Shown here piece by piece: positions 37,201 to 47,800 of a stretch of 64,000 nt of DNA; the stretch's first letter is position 1, and each line of letters starts with the position of its first letter. The DNA comes from a virus. The position numbers and the translations under genes are program-made. The notes below the pieces were generated by a model. That model was not told the origin of the DNA and did no database searches. It was given only the letters and a program-made list of their open reading frames with translations. The stretch is from the IMG/VR virus record IMGVR_UViG_3300034108_000145, positions 1 through 64,000 of that record; one strand, given 5' to 3'.

Positions 37201-39952
37201 TAGATGCCCAAGCACTTCCATTATAAGACCACCATGTTAAACCATTACTAGCATTTAACTGAGTTAACATTTGTCTATCCTCAGCTACATTAGTCCATCT
37301 AAACCAAGGACCTACTGCTACACTATCAGAACCAGCTTTAGTAACACCTACTTCAACAAAAGTTGTTCTTGTTGAAGTACTAGCTCCACGAGCTGTTACA
37401 TTAGCAAGAGTAGAAGTTTCTGTATATCCTGTAATATATCCTGGACCGTTAATAAGCTGGTTCAAGTTAGTTAAGTTACCAGCGTGCCATATATTATTTC
37501 CTCCCCAAGTTAAAGCACCTGTACCAATTCTTCCTAATGTTACTGTATTATCAGATCCAAAAGATATATAAGCTCTATCACTATTTTGTATTCCTACTAT
37601 ACCTACTGTATTAGATACGTTAGTGTCACCAATCCAAGCATCATCACCAAGTTTTACGTTGTTACTACCACCATTATTTGTAGTGATGATTTGATTAAAT
37701 GTAGGACTAGCTGATGTAGCTACAGACTGACCAATTGATACGGTTACTGCTCCAGTATTAGAGTTTACTGATACACCTGTACCTGCATTTACAGAACTTA
37801 CAGCTCCACCTGGAACTGCTATTGTAAGAATGTTACCAGAAGAGTCAAATGCTAATACACCAGCTGCTGTTCCAGTAAAGGTAGATGATGTGGTATATTG
37901 AGGTAATATTAACTGTTTAGTAGATAAATTTAAAGACATGGCTACACCACTTGTAGCAGTGTTTGTTCCATATAAAAATCTTAATACATCATGCCATACA
38001 TCAATGTGTGCAGCATAAGTATAAGATGTAGCTTTATTTAATACTAACTGACCACCTTCATCTGCACTATGAGCTCCTAAAGCTAAACTTCCTTCAGTCC
38101 AAGCAGTAGCTCCATTTATAAGTAAGCTAGAAATACTAGCACCTCCACTAAATGTAACAGCTGTAGAAGTTGATGCTCCTCTAGAAGTAACGCTAGAAAG
38201 TGTGTCGGTTTCTGTATAACTTGTAATAAAAGCAGGAGCTCCTGTTATCTTACTCCAAGCCAAAGATGTAACCCAAGAAGGATTGCTATAAGATCCAGAA
38301 AGACTTACGTATGTTAAAGCTGCACTTGACTGACTTAAATATGTAGAAGAAGCATTAGTAATAGATAAGTATAGGCTAGCCGCAGATGATTGTGACAAGT
38401 AAGTACTTGCCGCATCTGTTTTATTGAGGTATATTGTATTAGCACTTGACTGGCTTAAGTATGTACTGGCAGCATCTGTTTTATTTAAGTAAATACTGTT
38501 AGCACTAGATTGACTTAGATAAGTACTTGATGCATTTGAAATAGTCAAATATGTACTAGCAGCACTAGATGCTGTAAGGTATCCTGCAGAAGCATGGTTT
38601 CCCCATGAATAAGCTGTGTTCCAATTAGATGAATTATCTGTTATGCTTGTTCCCCAAGCAGACCCTGTAGATACGGCAATCCCAGCTGATGGATATATCA
38701 TAGAAGTAATACTCCAAGATCTATCTGCTGATAAGTCATAACTAGTACCATTAATAGTTAATGTACGAGTAGTAGGTACACCACCTAATCCACTTAGTGT
38801 GTATACAGGAAGTGTTTGCCAGGTCTTATCACCTCTCCAATACTGAGCAGTAGTTCCTGCTGTAATAGCTGGTTCTTTAGTACCAATTAACGTAGTAATT
38901 GTTGTACTAAAGTTAGCATCATCTCCTAACGCAGCTGCTAACTCATTAAGAGTGTCAAGCGTACCTGGTGCACTATCTACCAAGTTAGAAATACTTGTAT
39001 CTACATATGTTTTTAAAGCATAGTTAGCTTTTTCAGACGTCCATACTGGATCAGTCTCTGTATATGATTGCAAGTATCTTGCGTCAGCTGCAGTTTTAGT
39101 ATAATAATTAACCTTCTCTGAAGTCCACACAGGATCTGTTTCTGTGTACGACTGCAAATATCTAGCATCCGCTTGTAACTTTGTGTAGTAGTTTATTTTT
39201 TCTGAAGTCCAGATAGGATCAGTTTCTGTAAAAGAAGTGAGATAACCGGCTAATGCATGATTACCCCAAGAGTAAGCACTGTTCCAGTTAGTAATGTTTG
39301 TAGTGGTGATAGCTTTAATATGACTAGCCACTGTAGGATCTGTTTCAGTAAAAGATGTTAAGTATCCTTCTACAGAATGATCTCCCCAACCAAAGGCTGT
39401 GTTCCAATTGGCTGAGTTATTAACTATACTAGTTCCCCATGATATTCCGTTAGATAATGGTATACCAGCAGATGGGTAAACCATTGAGTCTATACTAAAT
39501 ATTCTATTAGCAGATAGATCAGCTGTCTGCCCATTAATAGTAATAGTCCTTGTTACAGGTACATAGTTTCCTACAATACCAGATCCATACTGTGGTATAT
39601 TGATTATACCAGTAGTGCTATCATAAGTAGCCGGACCAGATGTATTAAATGTAGTAACACTTAAAGCTTTTCTAGCTCTACTATCTGTAAAGTATAAAGC
39701 CTGGCCTTCTGTAACTAAGTCTGTGTTATAATCCCCCTGGCGGGCTACTACAGCACCGGTTCTACCATATACAGAACTTACAAGATTACCACCACTCTGT
39801 GTGATAAGCTGTGCTATAGAAGCAGATGATATCCTACCTCCAGGCCCGGGTACAAGAACTTTATTCTGTGTACCAGTAGTAGCAGGTATAGAAGCTACAG
39901 ATACACCTGCAGGAAAATAAGCATTACCATAACTATCTACTTGATAAGACAT
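34280..39952 (-). CDS. Long tail fibre C with C-terminal S74 intramolecular chaperone, 1890 aa
   Basis: YSDIRLKKDV...LRGVTYTW...GLIAQEVEAVEP...YEKLVALLVEGMKE plus coiled coil; APGTLDTLNELAAALGDD fibre motif. Confidence 0.85.
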   Translation of the reverse strand: MSYQVDSYGNAYFPAGVSVASIPATTGTQNKVLVPGPGGRISSASIAQLITQSGGNLVSSVYGRTGAVVARQGDYNTDLVTEGQALYFTDSRARKALSVTTFNTSGPATYDSTTGIINIPQYGSGIVGNYVPVTRTITINGQTADLSANRIFSIDSMVYPSAGIPLSNGISWGTSIVNNSANWNTAFGWGDHSVEGYLTSFTETDPTVASHIKAITTTNITNWNSAYSWGNHALAGYLTSFTETDPIWTSEKINYYTKLQADARYLQSYTETDPVWTSEKVNYYTKTAADARYLQSYTETDPVWTSEKANYALKTYVDTSISNLVDSAPGTLDTLNELAAALGDDANFSTTITTLIGTKEPAITAGTTAQYWRGDKTWQTLPVYTLSGLGGVPTTRTLTINGTSYDLSADRSWSITSMIYPSAGIAVSTGSAWGTSITDNSSNWNTAYSWGNHASAGYLTASSAASTYLTISNASSTYLSQSSANSIYLNKTDAASTYLSQSSANTIYLNKTDAASTYLSQSSAASLYLSITNASSTYLSQSSAALTYVSLSGSYSNPSWVTSLAWSKITGAPAFITSYTETDTLSSVTSRGASTSTAVTFSGGASISSLLINGATAWTEGSLALGAHSADEGGQLVLNKATSYTYAAHIDVWHDVLRFLYGTNTATSGVAMSLNLSTKQLILPQYTTSSTFTGTAAGVLAFDSSGNILTIAVPGGAVSSVNAGTGVSVNSNTGAVTVSIGQSVATSASPTFNQIITTNNGGSNNVKLGDDAWIGDTNVSNTVGIVGIQNSDRAYISFGSDNTVTLGRIGTGALTWGGNNIWHAGNLTNLNQLINGPGYITGYTETSTLANVTARGASTSTRTTFVEVGVTKAGSDSVAVGPWFRWTNVAEDRQMLTQLNASNGLTWWSYNGSAWASRMILHQGGQLVLNNGVSNGSGEALVIGGSGDVRLSDGASIFFGAYDYGNSTYIRAWDDSNLMRFYINGTNSVTFTSSGLSASAISVGSSAVWHQGNLTNLNQLSNGPGYITSYSETDTLSSVTGRGNTTSSSMAIGSGSIPNGRLYVNSSTSLDVVAIQTTTTGAALVIADNTTPTWANAPRIVGVHNDFYIRTLATNRVRVTDGGNTWLYGDLYLGSSNTKIASTIATGYITLSGSSTNYIGIGPYNNNGWGYFENFNNSNGTYYYVSAGRHAFDGGPVTPYSDGARDLGTSSYRWGNIYTTGALINNSDGAVMMESNASENNNWIFKESSKAWGIFYFNRGSQSGQNIGGSYSSVGAETIFMGQNVGIAMPSGWSGYYNGSKIAAYVDHNTGVMFSAGSMRSPIFYDSDNPAYYLDPNSNSRLAYAQYDNIGVGQAYNSGYRIITSGDIYLNAQGNGWAEGVWKQRRSGGTFYDVIDAGNYAGYNSYSNLYTNTLSVGSDCYAEKVFDLGYFSHGVANIVAYIDFGNIQNSGYLEVEVTSTYSNQNATGLLRKILPFGTNPNGGQWYSGDSKVQEANGSIPDNIFIGDLEWSGSNFRLPIYHVVSSGNGFRARVKYFTQAGNAAGILNGASVSTSTRTAPANWTNNPAYNRAIDTRDIRMFNNNTIGWRYSSGDSGMYNYIYNSYDDTTTGITYRSGNWTSSQGIVCHRFQTYTSGWQNRLTIYQDGGVVIPGRIDAGNIYAPTYYSSVSTSKYLTNNGSSYGSWYIGGNQGGYSGFRFDGDMQLMMHTNGAAGPCGFWLNNWSILTYVNAAQYLYNNGSEKFRTASDGIVVTGTVYATGDVIAYYSDIRLKKDVTVIDSALDKIQRLRGVTYTWNDEEVNKVKDRAGTRDIGLIAQEVEAVEPLLITEYQTQLNTPSNDPDEANNFVAEMSETYKTIKYEKLVALLVEGMKEQQTQIEELKNEIKELKNK
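38310..38582 (-). repeat. Nine 10-aa (30-bp) tandem repeats YL(S/N/T)xxxA(A/N/S)Sx in fibre C
   Basis: YLTASSAAST/YLTISNASST/YLSQSSANSI/YLNKTDAAST/YLSQSSANTI/YLNKTDAAST/YLSQSSAASL/YLSITNASST/YLSQSSAALT; boundaries approximate. Confidence 0.85.
39020..39240 (-). repeat. 28-aa (84-bp) tandem repeat x2.5 in fibre C
   Basis: S(F/Y)TETDP(I/V)WTSEK(I/V)NYYTKxxADARYLQ; boundaries approximate. Confidence 0.85.
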
Positions 39953-42900
39953 TATCTAATTTGTTTTGTAGTTCTTCAATCTGTTTTTGTTGCTCTTTAA
40001 TAGCTTCAATAAGTACACCTACTATATTACCATATGAAACACCATATTCATCTACATCAGCAGCATATGTTACAACTTCTGGTAATACTTGATTAATTTC
40101 TTGAGCTATAACACCTGTTTGACGACCACGTTCTGGAGCATCTATTCTTGTATAAAATACTCCTCTTAATTTATTAACTTTTTCAAGAGCATTATCTATA
40201 GTAATAATATCTGTTTTCTTTCTAACATCTGAATATGCTACAACATCTCCTTCTGCATATAATGATCCTCCAATATAAGCTCTATATGAACTAGATGTAG
40301 TTGAAGTAGCTATAGCTGTACAGTTGTTTCCTAAGTGATGATACCAATACCATCTACCATTATTTTCTCTGTAAGCACCACCATTACCAGCACTATCAAA
40401 CATTAACATATTTACAGCACTATAATCGTCATATATACCACTATATCCAGATCTTGAACCAGCTATTCTCCACGTAGTATATGTAGAAGCATTATTTGGC
40501 ATCCAGTGAGCTCCGTTCCAAGAAGGTGCGTATAAACCATGCCATCCATTTAACTGAATCCAACTACTTGCTTGATAATATGAATTACCATTAAAACCCA
40601 AGAAATTAGAACGTCCAAAACCATCTAATTGAGCTGAGTTATTAACTGATTGAGAACCAATATTACCTGAGTGTATCATTTCTACCCAAGATCTAGGTAC
40701 ATCCCAAGCACTTCTCCAAAACCATCTGTTAACTGCCTCTTGTGCACAAGCCATTTGCCAACCATGGAATTTAGCACTGTCAGAATTATTATAATGGAAT
40801 GCTTGCATTCCAACGTAGTGACCAGAGGCACCAGGGCCGTTAGCAGGTGATGACCAGGTATCAAAAAATCCAGAACCCCAGTTAGAAGCAATTACATTTA
40901 AATCATATTGACCCCAACCCATTGCACCAGTTTGGTAAAGAGTTCCCTGTGCAGCTCTAGTAGCCCAAGGAGAGTTAACTTGTCTAGAATTTAAACTATG
41001 TCTATTAAGGGTAGATTCAGTAAATCTATAAAGATTAGATGTATCATTAGGGTCTAGGTAATAACCTGTATCTTGTTGATCATAGAAGATATTAGCTCTC
41101 ATAGAACCTATAACAATCATATCTCCACTAGGATTTATTCCACCAACAGTAGCACCAGCCTCTTCTGAATAAAAATGAAAAGATTGAGTACCTATTAGTT
41201 GTCCACTAGTTCTTTTACCTACATACCAACTGCTACCAGATCCACCAATATAACGAACCATTGCTTCATATCCGTTACCAGGATTAATGGTAAGATATTT
41301 GTGAGCAGATCCTGTTATGTTTATAGGAGTGTTATTTGCTCCTGGTATACCAACTGTATTAAAATTAACATCATCTGTGCTTCTAACATATTGGTTCATG
41401 TTAGCTGCATATGGATCTGTAGAATCATTTAATAGATACTTCCATCCTGACCACGCTCCAGTTTCGTATATTCCAGATCTAAACCCTAATCTTGTACCAC
41501 CATATGCTGGTCCGTAAGGAGTATATAACTGTAAAGTTCCACCTTGACTTCCTGTGTATGTTCTATTTGTAAGAACAGATCCATAACTTGGAAATCCTTC
41601 ACTAGCAGATACAAAAGATGTTTGAATACCTGCGTTATATCCTGAAGGTAAAGTTGAAGCAGACCATACATAGTTACTTAAAGTATTTAATAAGTTAGTG
41701 CTACTAGCATAACTTACAGACTGAGAACCTATATTACCAGAGTGAATAAAACTTCTTATTGTTCCGTTATCATAAAAAGTACCATTACCATATATATAAT
41801 ATGTACCCCCTACAACAGAGCCAATATATGTACCATAACTATTATTATACCCTAAAGCATCAGTCATTGATGCATGAGATATTATTGTTCCATTAGATAC
41901 TGCTGTAGTTATTTTACCAGCTATATTTAAAGATGTACCTGCATTAGGATCTAAGTAATATGTAGTATCGTTAGAGTCATAGAATATAGGAGCACGCATA
42001 GAACCCGTGTTCATCTCTAAGTACGCACTACCACTACTATTCTCAGATATCAACTGCATTGGAAAAGTAGACATATCGCCACTATGGTATAATCTACCCC
42101 ATTTAATTCTAGAACCTGGAGAGTCATGTTGGAATACCATCTGACCTACAATATTACTAGCTGATGAACCATGAGTAGCTGTAATTGCATGACCTTCACC
42201 ACCAGACCAACTGCCTTTTAAGTCAATGTCTCTATATGTTGTTGCACCTCCTACACCTTGAGAAATATTTAGTTGAGCAAATGTTTGGTTTGCATTAGTT
42301 CCCATTCTAACAACATTAAATAATGATGTCCCAGCAAAATCACCATAGTATGTAGTATCATTAGAATCGTAGAATATTGGTGCCCTAAAATCACCACTTG
42401 TTTGGTAAGTTCCTGTACCACCTGTTTTACTACTTAATCCATCAAAAGATAACCCTGTTATCCACCCACCATAGTTTCCTAATTGGTTTCTCACGTGTTG
42501 AAGAGAAGCCTTTCTTGACCAACCATCTCCATTTGAAGTAATAAAACTATTTACTGTTGAGTTTTCAGTTTCAGAAGTACTAAAGTTTATATGGTTAGCG
42601 TATATATATCCGTTAGCATCACGCTGAACCAATCGACTTCCTACAACGGCCGTATCCGCTCCAACATTAATTGTACCACTACTAGCTCCAGAACCTATTC
42701 TTAAACCTCCTCTAGCTTCAATAGGGCTCTCTACATATAAACCAGCTTGTTGTCCTAATCTAGGAAGGTACATACCATAGTCAGCAAAGTTTGCCACATT
42801 ATCAACAGACTCAGAACGTATAGTTAATCTTGCTCCTGATTTATAAATACCATTTGTTGTATCCGTAAAATAAAGTACACCACTTAATGTTCCGCCAGAA

Positions 42901-44870
42901 AGTGGTAAAGCATATGAAGCATAGTTACCAACATGTAATGCTAATGAACCATTAATATTTACATTACCACCAGATGATGTTAAGTTTAAATTTCTAGCTA
43001 CTATTTGTAAATCTCTATATCTTTCACCACCTCCGTGTCCGCCATAACTATCTATATAAGAACTATCCCCAGCATACTGAAAATATAATCTACCACCTGC
43101 CGCATTACCACCACCTAAACGAATAGCTTGACTTATAGAAGTGGTTCCATTTCCAACTCCTAAATCACCATTAACATTTATAGCACCCGTTGTACTAGAT
43201 CCACGTGAAGTAACAGAAGCTAATGTATCAGTTTCGGTGTATCCTGTTATCCAACCACCATAGTTTCCTAAATCATTTGTAAAAGATGATAATGCTGTAG
43301 GTCTTCCTGTAACACCAGTCCATGCAACGTTAGTAGCTGTTGCTGCATTACCTGAAATATTAACTTGTGGATTTCCAGCAGAATACACTCTATTTCCAGC
43401 ATCATATAAAGAACCTGCATATAATGCTTTACTTCCATTTACACCAGTTCCTATTCTTACTCCCACACCACCATAGTAAACAAGTTCTAGCCAATCATTT
43501 GTATTAATACTTTCCAATGTATCAACATATACAGTACTACCTGAAGAATAAGCATAGCCATTATTAAAATTAGTAGCTGTAGTTGCAGTAGCTGCATTTC
43601 CAGATATAGATCCAGAAGATGTAATATAACCAGAAGGGTTTGTACTATTATACGGTGTATAGCCTAAAGCATTAGTTACTTGAGTAGATGTGATACCTGT
43701 TAAATAGCCACCACTTGCGTGGTTACCCCATCCATATGCAGTATCCCAGTTAGACTTATTATAACCTGTAATAGCATTAGCTCCGTTAAAAAAGTTTTGG
43801 ATCTGTGCATCTGTATAAGCGTTTGTTATACCGTAGCCAGATATAGTTGTAGGTGTACTAGTAATCTTACCCCATCCTAAACTGGTAATCCAAGCAGGGT
43901 TAGCATAAGAACCAGATAGTGATACATAAGTTGATGCAGCACTAGACGTAGTTAAATATGTACTGTTATCATATGATACAGTGGTACCACTTACCTTTAC
44001 AAAGCCCGTACCATTAAGCTGAGCTTGTTTAGTACCAATAGATGTAGCTACAGTTGTGGCAAAATTAGGATCATCACCAAGAGCTGCCGCAAGTTCGTTG
44101 AGTGTATCAAGAGTTCCTGGAGCTGCGTCTACTAAATTAGAAATAGCTGTACCTACATACGTTTCTGTAGCATACCCAGTTAAAGCAGATGATGTGATAT
44201 ATCCAGCTCCGTTAGTAAGCTGGTTGTTGTTAGTAATAGTATTAACTACATTTAGGTTTCCTCCTACAATAGATAAACTGATCCCAGCACCTGCTGAAGC
44301 AGTTAGTACACCTGTATTAATAACGTTTAGGTTCTGATCAACTACTGAAAGACTGATGCCAGATCCGGCAGACGCTGTTAGTATACCAGTATTTATTACA
44401 TTAAGATTCTGATTAACAACGCTAAGGCTAATACCTAATCCAGCTGAGGCTGTTAATATACCTGTGTTTACAACATTTAAGTTTTGGTTTACAACACTTA
44501 AACTAATACCGGCTCCTGAACTAGCAGTAAGTATACCAGTATTAACAATGTTAAGGTTTTGATTAACTACACTTACAGATATACCTAAACCAGCACTAGC
44601 TGTCATTACACCTGTATCAATAGACCAAGCACGGTTAGAAGAAAGATCGTAAGAAGTTCCGTTGATAGTAATAGTTCTACTAGTAGGTGCATAAGCAGTT
44701 ACAGCACCACCTACAATAGATCTTACCCATGCAGTCGTTGGTACCTTTCCACTATTATCTTCACCAGTAGGAGCTATGCCTAAAGCAAGACTAGCCGGTA
44801 ATACCACATGACCGTCTGCATCATACTGAAATACATTAAGTATATGGGAGGTCTTCCTTTGTTTGTTCAT
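39933..44870 (-). CDS. Long tail fibre B with S74 chaperone, 1645 aa
   Basis: YSDVRKKTDI...LRGVFY...GVIAQE...VSYGNIVGVLIEAIKE; overlaps the fibre C start by 20 bp; TAG stop. Confidence 0.85.
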   Translation of the reverse strand: MNKQRKTSHILNVFQYDADGHVVLPASLALGIAPTGEDNSGKVPTTAWVRSIVGGAVTAYAPTSRTITINGTSYDLSSNRAWSIDTGVMTASAGLGISVSVVNQNLNIVNTGILTASSGAGISLSVVNQNLNVVNTGILTASAGLGISLSVVNQNLNVINTGILTASAGSGISLSVVDQNLNVINTGVLTASAGAGISLSIVGGNLNVVNTITNNNQLTNGAGYITSSALTGYATETYVGTAISNLVDAAPGTLDTLNELAAALGDDPNFATTVATSIGTKQAQLNGTGFVKVSGTTVSYDNSTYLTTSSAASTYVSLSGSYANPAWITSLGWGKITSTPTTISGYGITNAYTDAQIQNFFNGANAITGYNKSNWDTAYGWGNHASGGYLTGITSTQVTNALGYTPYNSTNPSGYITSSGSISGNAATATTATNFNNGYAYSSGSTVYVDTLESINTNDWLELVYYGGVGVRIGTGVNGSKALYAGSLYDAGNRVYSAGNPQVNISGNAATATNVAWTGVTGRPTALSSFTNDLGNYGGWITGYTETDTLASVTSRGSSTTGAINVNGDLGVGNGTTSISQAIRLGGGNAAGGRLYFQYAGDSSYIDSYGGHGGGERYRDLQIVARNLNLTSSGGNVNINGSLALHVGNYASYALPLSGGTLSGVLYFTDTTNGIYKSGARLTIRSESVDNVANFADYGMYLPRLGQQAGLYVESPIEARGGLRIGSGASSGTINVGADTAVVGSRLVQRDANGYIYANHINFSTSETENSTVNSFITSNGDGWSRKASLQHVRNQLGNYGGWITGLSFDGLSSKTGGTGTYQTSGDFRAPIFYDSNDTTYYGDFAGTSLFNVVRMGTNANQTFAQLNISQGVGGATTYRDIDLKGSWSGGEGHAITATHGSSASNIVGQMVFQHDSPGSRIKWGRLYHSGDMSTFPMQLISENSSGSAYLEMNTGSMRAPIFYDSNDTTYYLDPNAGTSLNIAGKITTAVSNGTIISHASMTDALGYNNSYGTYIGSVVGGTYYIYGNGTFYDNGTIRSFIHSGNIGSQSVSYASSTNLLNTLSNYVWSASTLPSGYNAGIQTSFVSASEGFPSYGSVLTNRTYTGSQGGTLQLYTPYGPAYGGTRLGFRSGIYETGAWSGWKYLLNDSTDPYAANMNQYVRSTDDVNFNTVGIPGANNTPINITGSAHKYLTINPGNGYEAMVRYIGGSGSSWYVGKRTSGQLIGTQSFHFYSEEAGATVGGINPSGDMIVIGSMRANIFYDQQDTGYYLDPNDTSNLYRFTESTLNRHSLNSRQVNSPWATRAAQGTLYQTGAMGWGQYDLNVIASNWGSGFFDTWSSPANGPGASGHYVGMQAFHYNNSDSAKFHGWQMACAQEAVNRWFWRSAWDVPRSWVEMIHSGNIGSQSVNNSAQLDGFGRSNFLGFNGNSYYQASSWIQLNGWHGLYAPSWNGAHWMPNNASTYTTWRIAGSRSGYSGIYDDYSAVNMLMFDSAGNGGAYRENNGRWYWYHHLGNNCTAIATSTTSSSYRAYIGGSLYAEGDVVAYSDVRKKTDIITIDNALEKVNKLRGVFYTRIDAPERGRQTGVIAQEINQVLPEVVTYAADVDEYGVSYGNIVGVLIEAIKEQQKQIEELQNKLDNVLSSR
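44241..44615 (-). repeat. Five 25-aa (75-bp) tandem repeats in fibre B
   Basis: TG(I/V)LTASAGxGISLSVVNQNLNV(V/I)N x5. Confidence 0.9.
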
Positions 44871-44879
44871 AACCTACTA

Positions 44880-47800
44880 TTATCTATTTATAAGTTGTTT
44901 TACTAAATCTTTAAGTTCTTCTATCTCACTCTTCTGAGATTCTATTTGTAACTGTTGTTCTTTGATAGCTTCGATAAAAAGACCAGCCATATTCCCATAG
45001 GACACGTTTAACATATCATCTTCCATACGAGTTACTAACTCTGGAGCTACAGTTTGTACCTCTTGAGCAATTACTCCAATCTTTTTACGCTTATCAGCAG
45101 TATCAGTACGGTTATAATAAACACCTCGTAAAGACAATGTTTTTTGTAAAGCGTTATCTACTGTTACAATGTTTTCTTTAACTCTTATATCAGAGTAAGC
45201 TGTTACATCTCCACGTACAGTAACATTATGGCTAGAATCTATTAGCATGCTTACTGTACCAGTATAGTTGGCATTTGCATAGAAATAATGATTAGTAGCT
45301 ATATAACTAAGTCCAGCCCAATCATTAAGGCTACCGGTGTGAGAACCGATAATAGCTCCTGTATTACCATTCCATTGCCCTATAACAACTCTATTATTAC
45401 TTGCATCTCCAAATGCAGCAGTTATCCACCCTGTTGCTGGTGTAGTCGTGCCAGAGTTATATTGTGTAAAATGATTTCTAGCATTTCCTGAATTACTTCC
45501 TAGTGCTCCCGAATTTGTTATTTGGCTAAAACTAACACTGTCAGATGTCCTGACATACTGATTCATGTTAGCTGCATACGGAGCATTGTCTGTTCTCAAT
45601 GATTGAGATGGATTAAAGTCAACTTGCTTTGCGGTTGTTGGCAGCCCAGAATTTGAAATAGACGTTACCCTATTCATCTGACGACCATCATAAGCAGTAT
45701 ATGCTTTTACTGTGTATCCATGCCAATAACCTTGACTAGGGAACCAGAAGCATAAGTTGCCATTATAGTTAATAGCTCTTAATCCTGATATATTACTACC
45801 GTTTGAATAGCTACCGATATTTATAATAGTATCTGCATAAATATAACCCTGTACTTGAATATCAATAGGCATACCGTTTCCATAAGCATTCCCTTTAATC
45901 TCGAGTACAAAAGGTTCACCATAAGTTACCTGATAATTAATGCTTGTTTGAATCAACGTGCCGTCAGGGAAATTACGACCACTCATGATGTAATCCATTG
46001 TTGAGTAGTTCGATTGATTTACTGCCTGAGAACCAATATTACCAGCATGTATAACAGCACTACCTGTGCTATTCCCGTTACCATTAACATATATATCGCC
46101 TCTTACAAATAAGTTATTAGACCCGTTAAGAGTCATTGAATAGTAACTATAACTACTATTATACCATCTAAACATTTCATTTGCATTACCTACAAAGTCA
46201 ATCCAATAGCTGTTAGCTTTGATATAGTGTGATGCAGTATCTCCTGTAAGGAATATAGTTGTACTATTACCACCAGCAGAAATGTCCATGTATAGGCTAC
46301 CATTTAATCTAAGGTTATTTAAAACACTCCCACTATTAGGGTCTAAATAATATGCTGTATTTTCTGAATCATAGAATATCGGAGCTCGAAATGACGAATT
46401 AGCAAATACGTTACCATCTGAATTTACGTTAAACAACACCACAGACCAAGCGTAGTCTACTACTTCAAATCTCCTATCAGTTGCTGAACCTCCTCCCAAT
46501 TGAACAGTCATTGTACCATTGTTTCTATCAGCTGCTCTTCCAATCCATGCTGCTCCAGAATTACTTGTTGAATTAGGGAATGTACCTAAAGTAATTCTTT
46601 CATTCATATTAAGTCTATATAAATTAGACGTGCTATTAGGGTCTACATAGTATGATGTATCATTAGAGTCGTAGAATATAGGAGCTCTAAAAGAAGAAGC
46701 AGCTTCAATATATGTAGGACCCCAACCAAGGTCTCTACCCATTAATATTCTATTAGTACTAGATCCTTGAAAAAAGAAAGCAGAGGCTACTCTATCCCCA
46801 CTATCATGTATAGCAAATTCCCATTGATCTGCACAGTTAGCAAGTATACCAGCAGTTACACTACTTGACCAAGACCCATTTGCAAAATTAAAGTTATAAC
46901 TTGTATGACCTAATATTAATTGACCAGTATAAGAAGGTTGATAGTAACTTCCTAAAACAAGATTATTCATTCTAGAAGTACTAGCAAAGTCTCCGTAATA
47001 TCCTGTATCATTAGAGTCGTAAAAAATAGGAGCCCTAAAGCTAGTAGGAGCAGCAACATAACCACCTTCTCCATAATAAATCTGCAACGCTCCGTATCCC
47101 CCACCACCAGCATTATTATGTGTTGTAAAATTATAAGCTAAACCATTAGCTCCTTGAACAGCTGACCAAGCACGAGACATGAATGTCATAGTACTATAGT
47201 CTGTATTAGTTACATTATTAAAATTAATTTGTGTACCATCAGCAGCATTTAAGTCAGTTGCTATACTAGCAACTGCAGCAGTTCCTGAAATATTAATACC
47301 CCACGTACCAGATGCACCTGAACCTGTTAAAGATGGTGAGTAAGAAGTATAGTTACCAGCATGAAGAATTTGATGTCCATTATTAGTAGTAGTACCATCA
47401 GCTGCTATTTTAAATCTTTCTCCTCCATTTGTATAGATACTAAAATATCCTCCAGTTATACTATTCCATAAATACAACTGATTAATAGAACTATCATAAA
47501 ATAATTGACCTCCAGTTGTACTTCCATCACTTTTAATTAAACTAATACCAGTTCTAATATTTAAAGAAACATTTGATGTAGCCCCTCTAGCAGCTACTGA
47601 TGCTAATGTATCAGTTTCAGTATAACCTGTTATCCAACCTCCATAATTACCAAGATCATTTGTAAACTGTGATAAAGCTGTAGGTCTGCTAGTAACATTA
47701 GTCCATGCTACAGAACCTGCACTACCTGTAACAGATATACCCCAACTACCACTTGCTCCTGTGCCTGTTTTGGTTGGTGCGTAATCATTATAATTAAGAG

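Noticed and set aside
39933-39952. TAG read-through fusing fibres B and C
   Set aside because: The two genes are in different frames.
38310-44615. CRISPR-like arrays
   Set aside because: The repeats are degenerate in-frame coding repeats without unique spacers.
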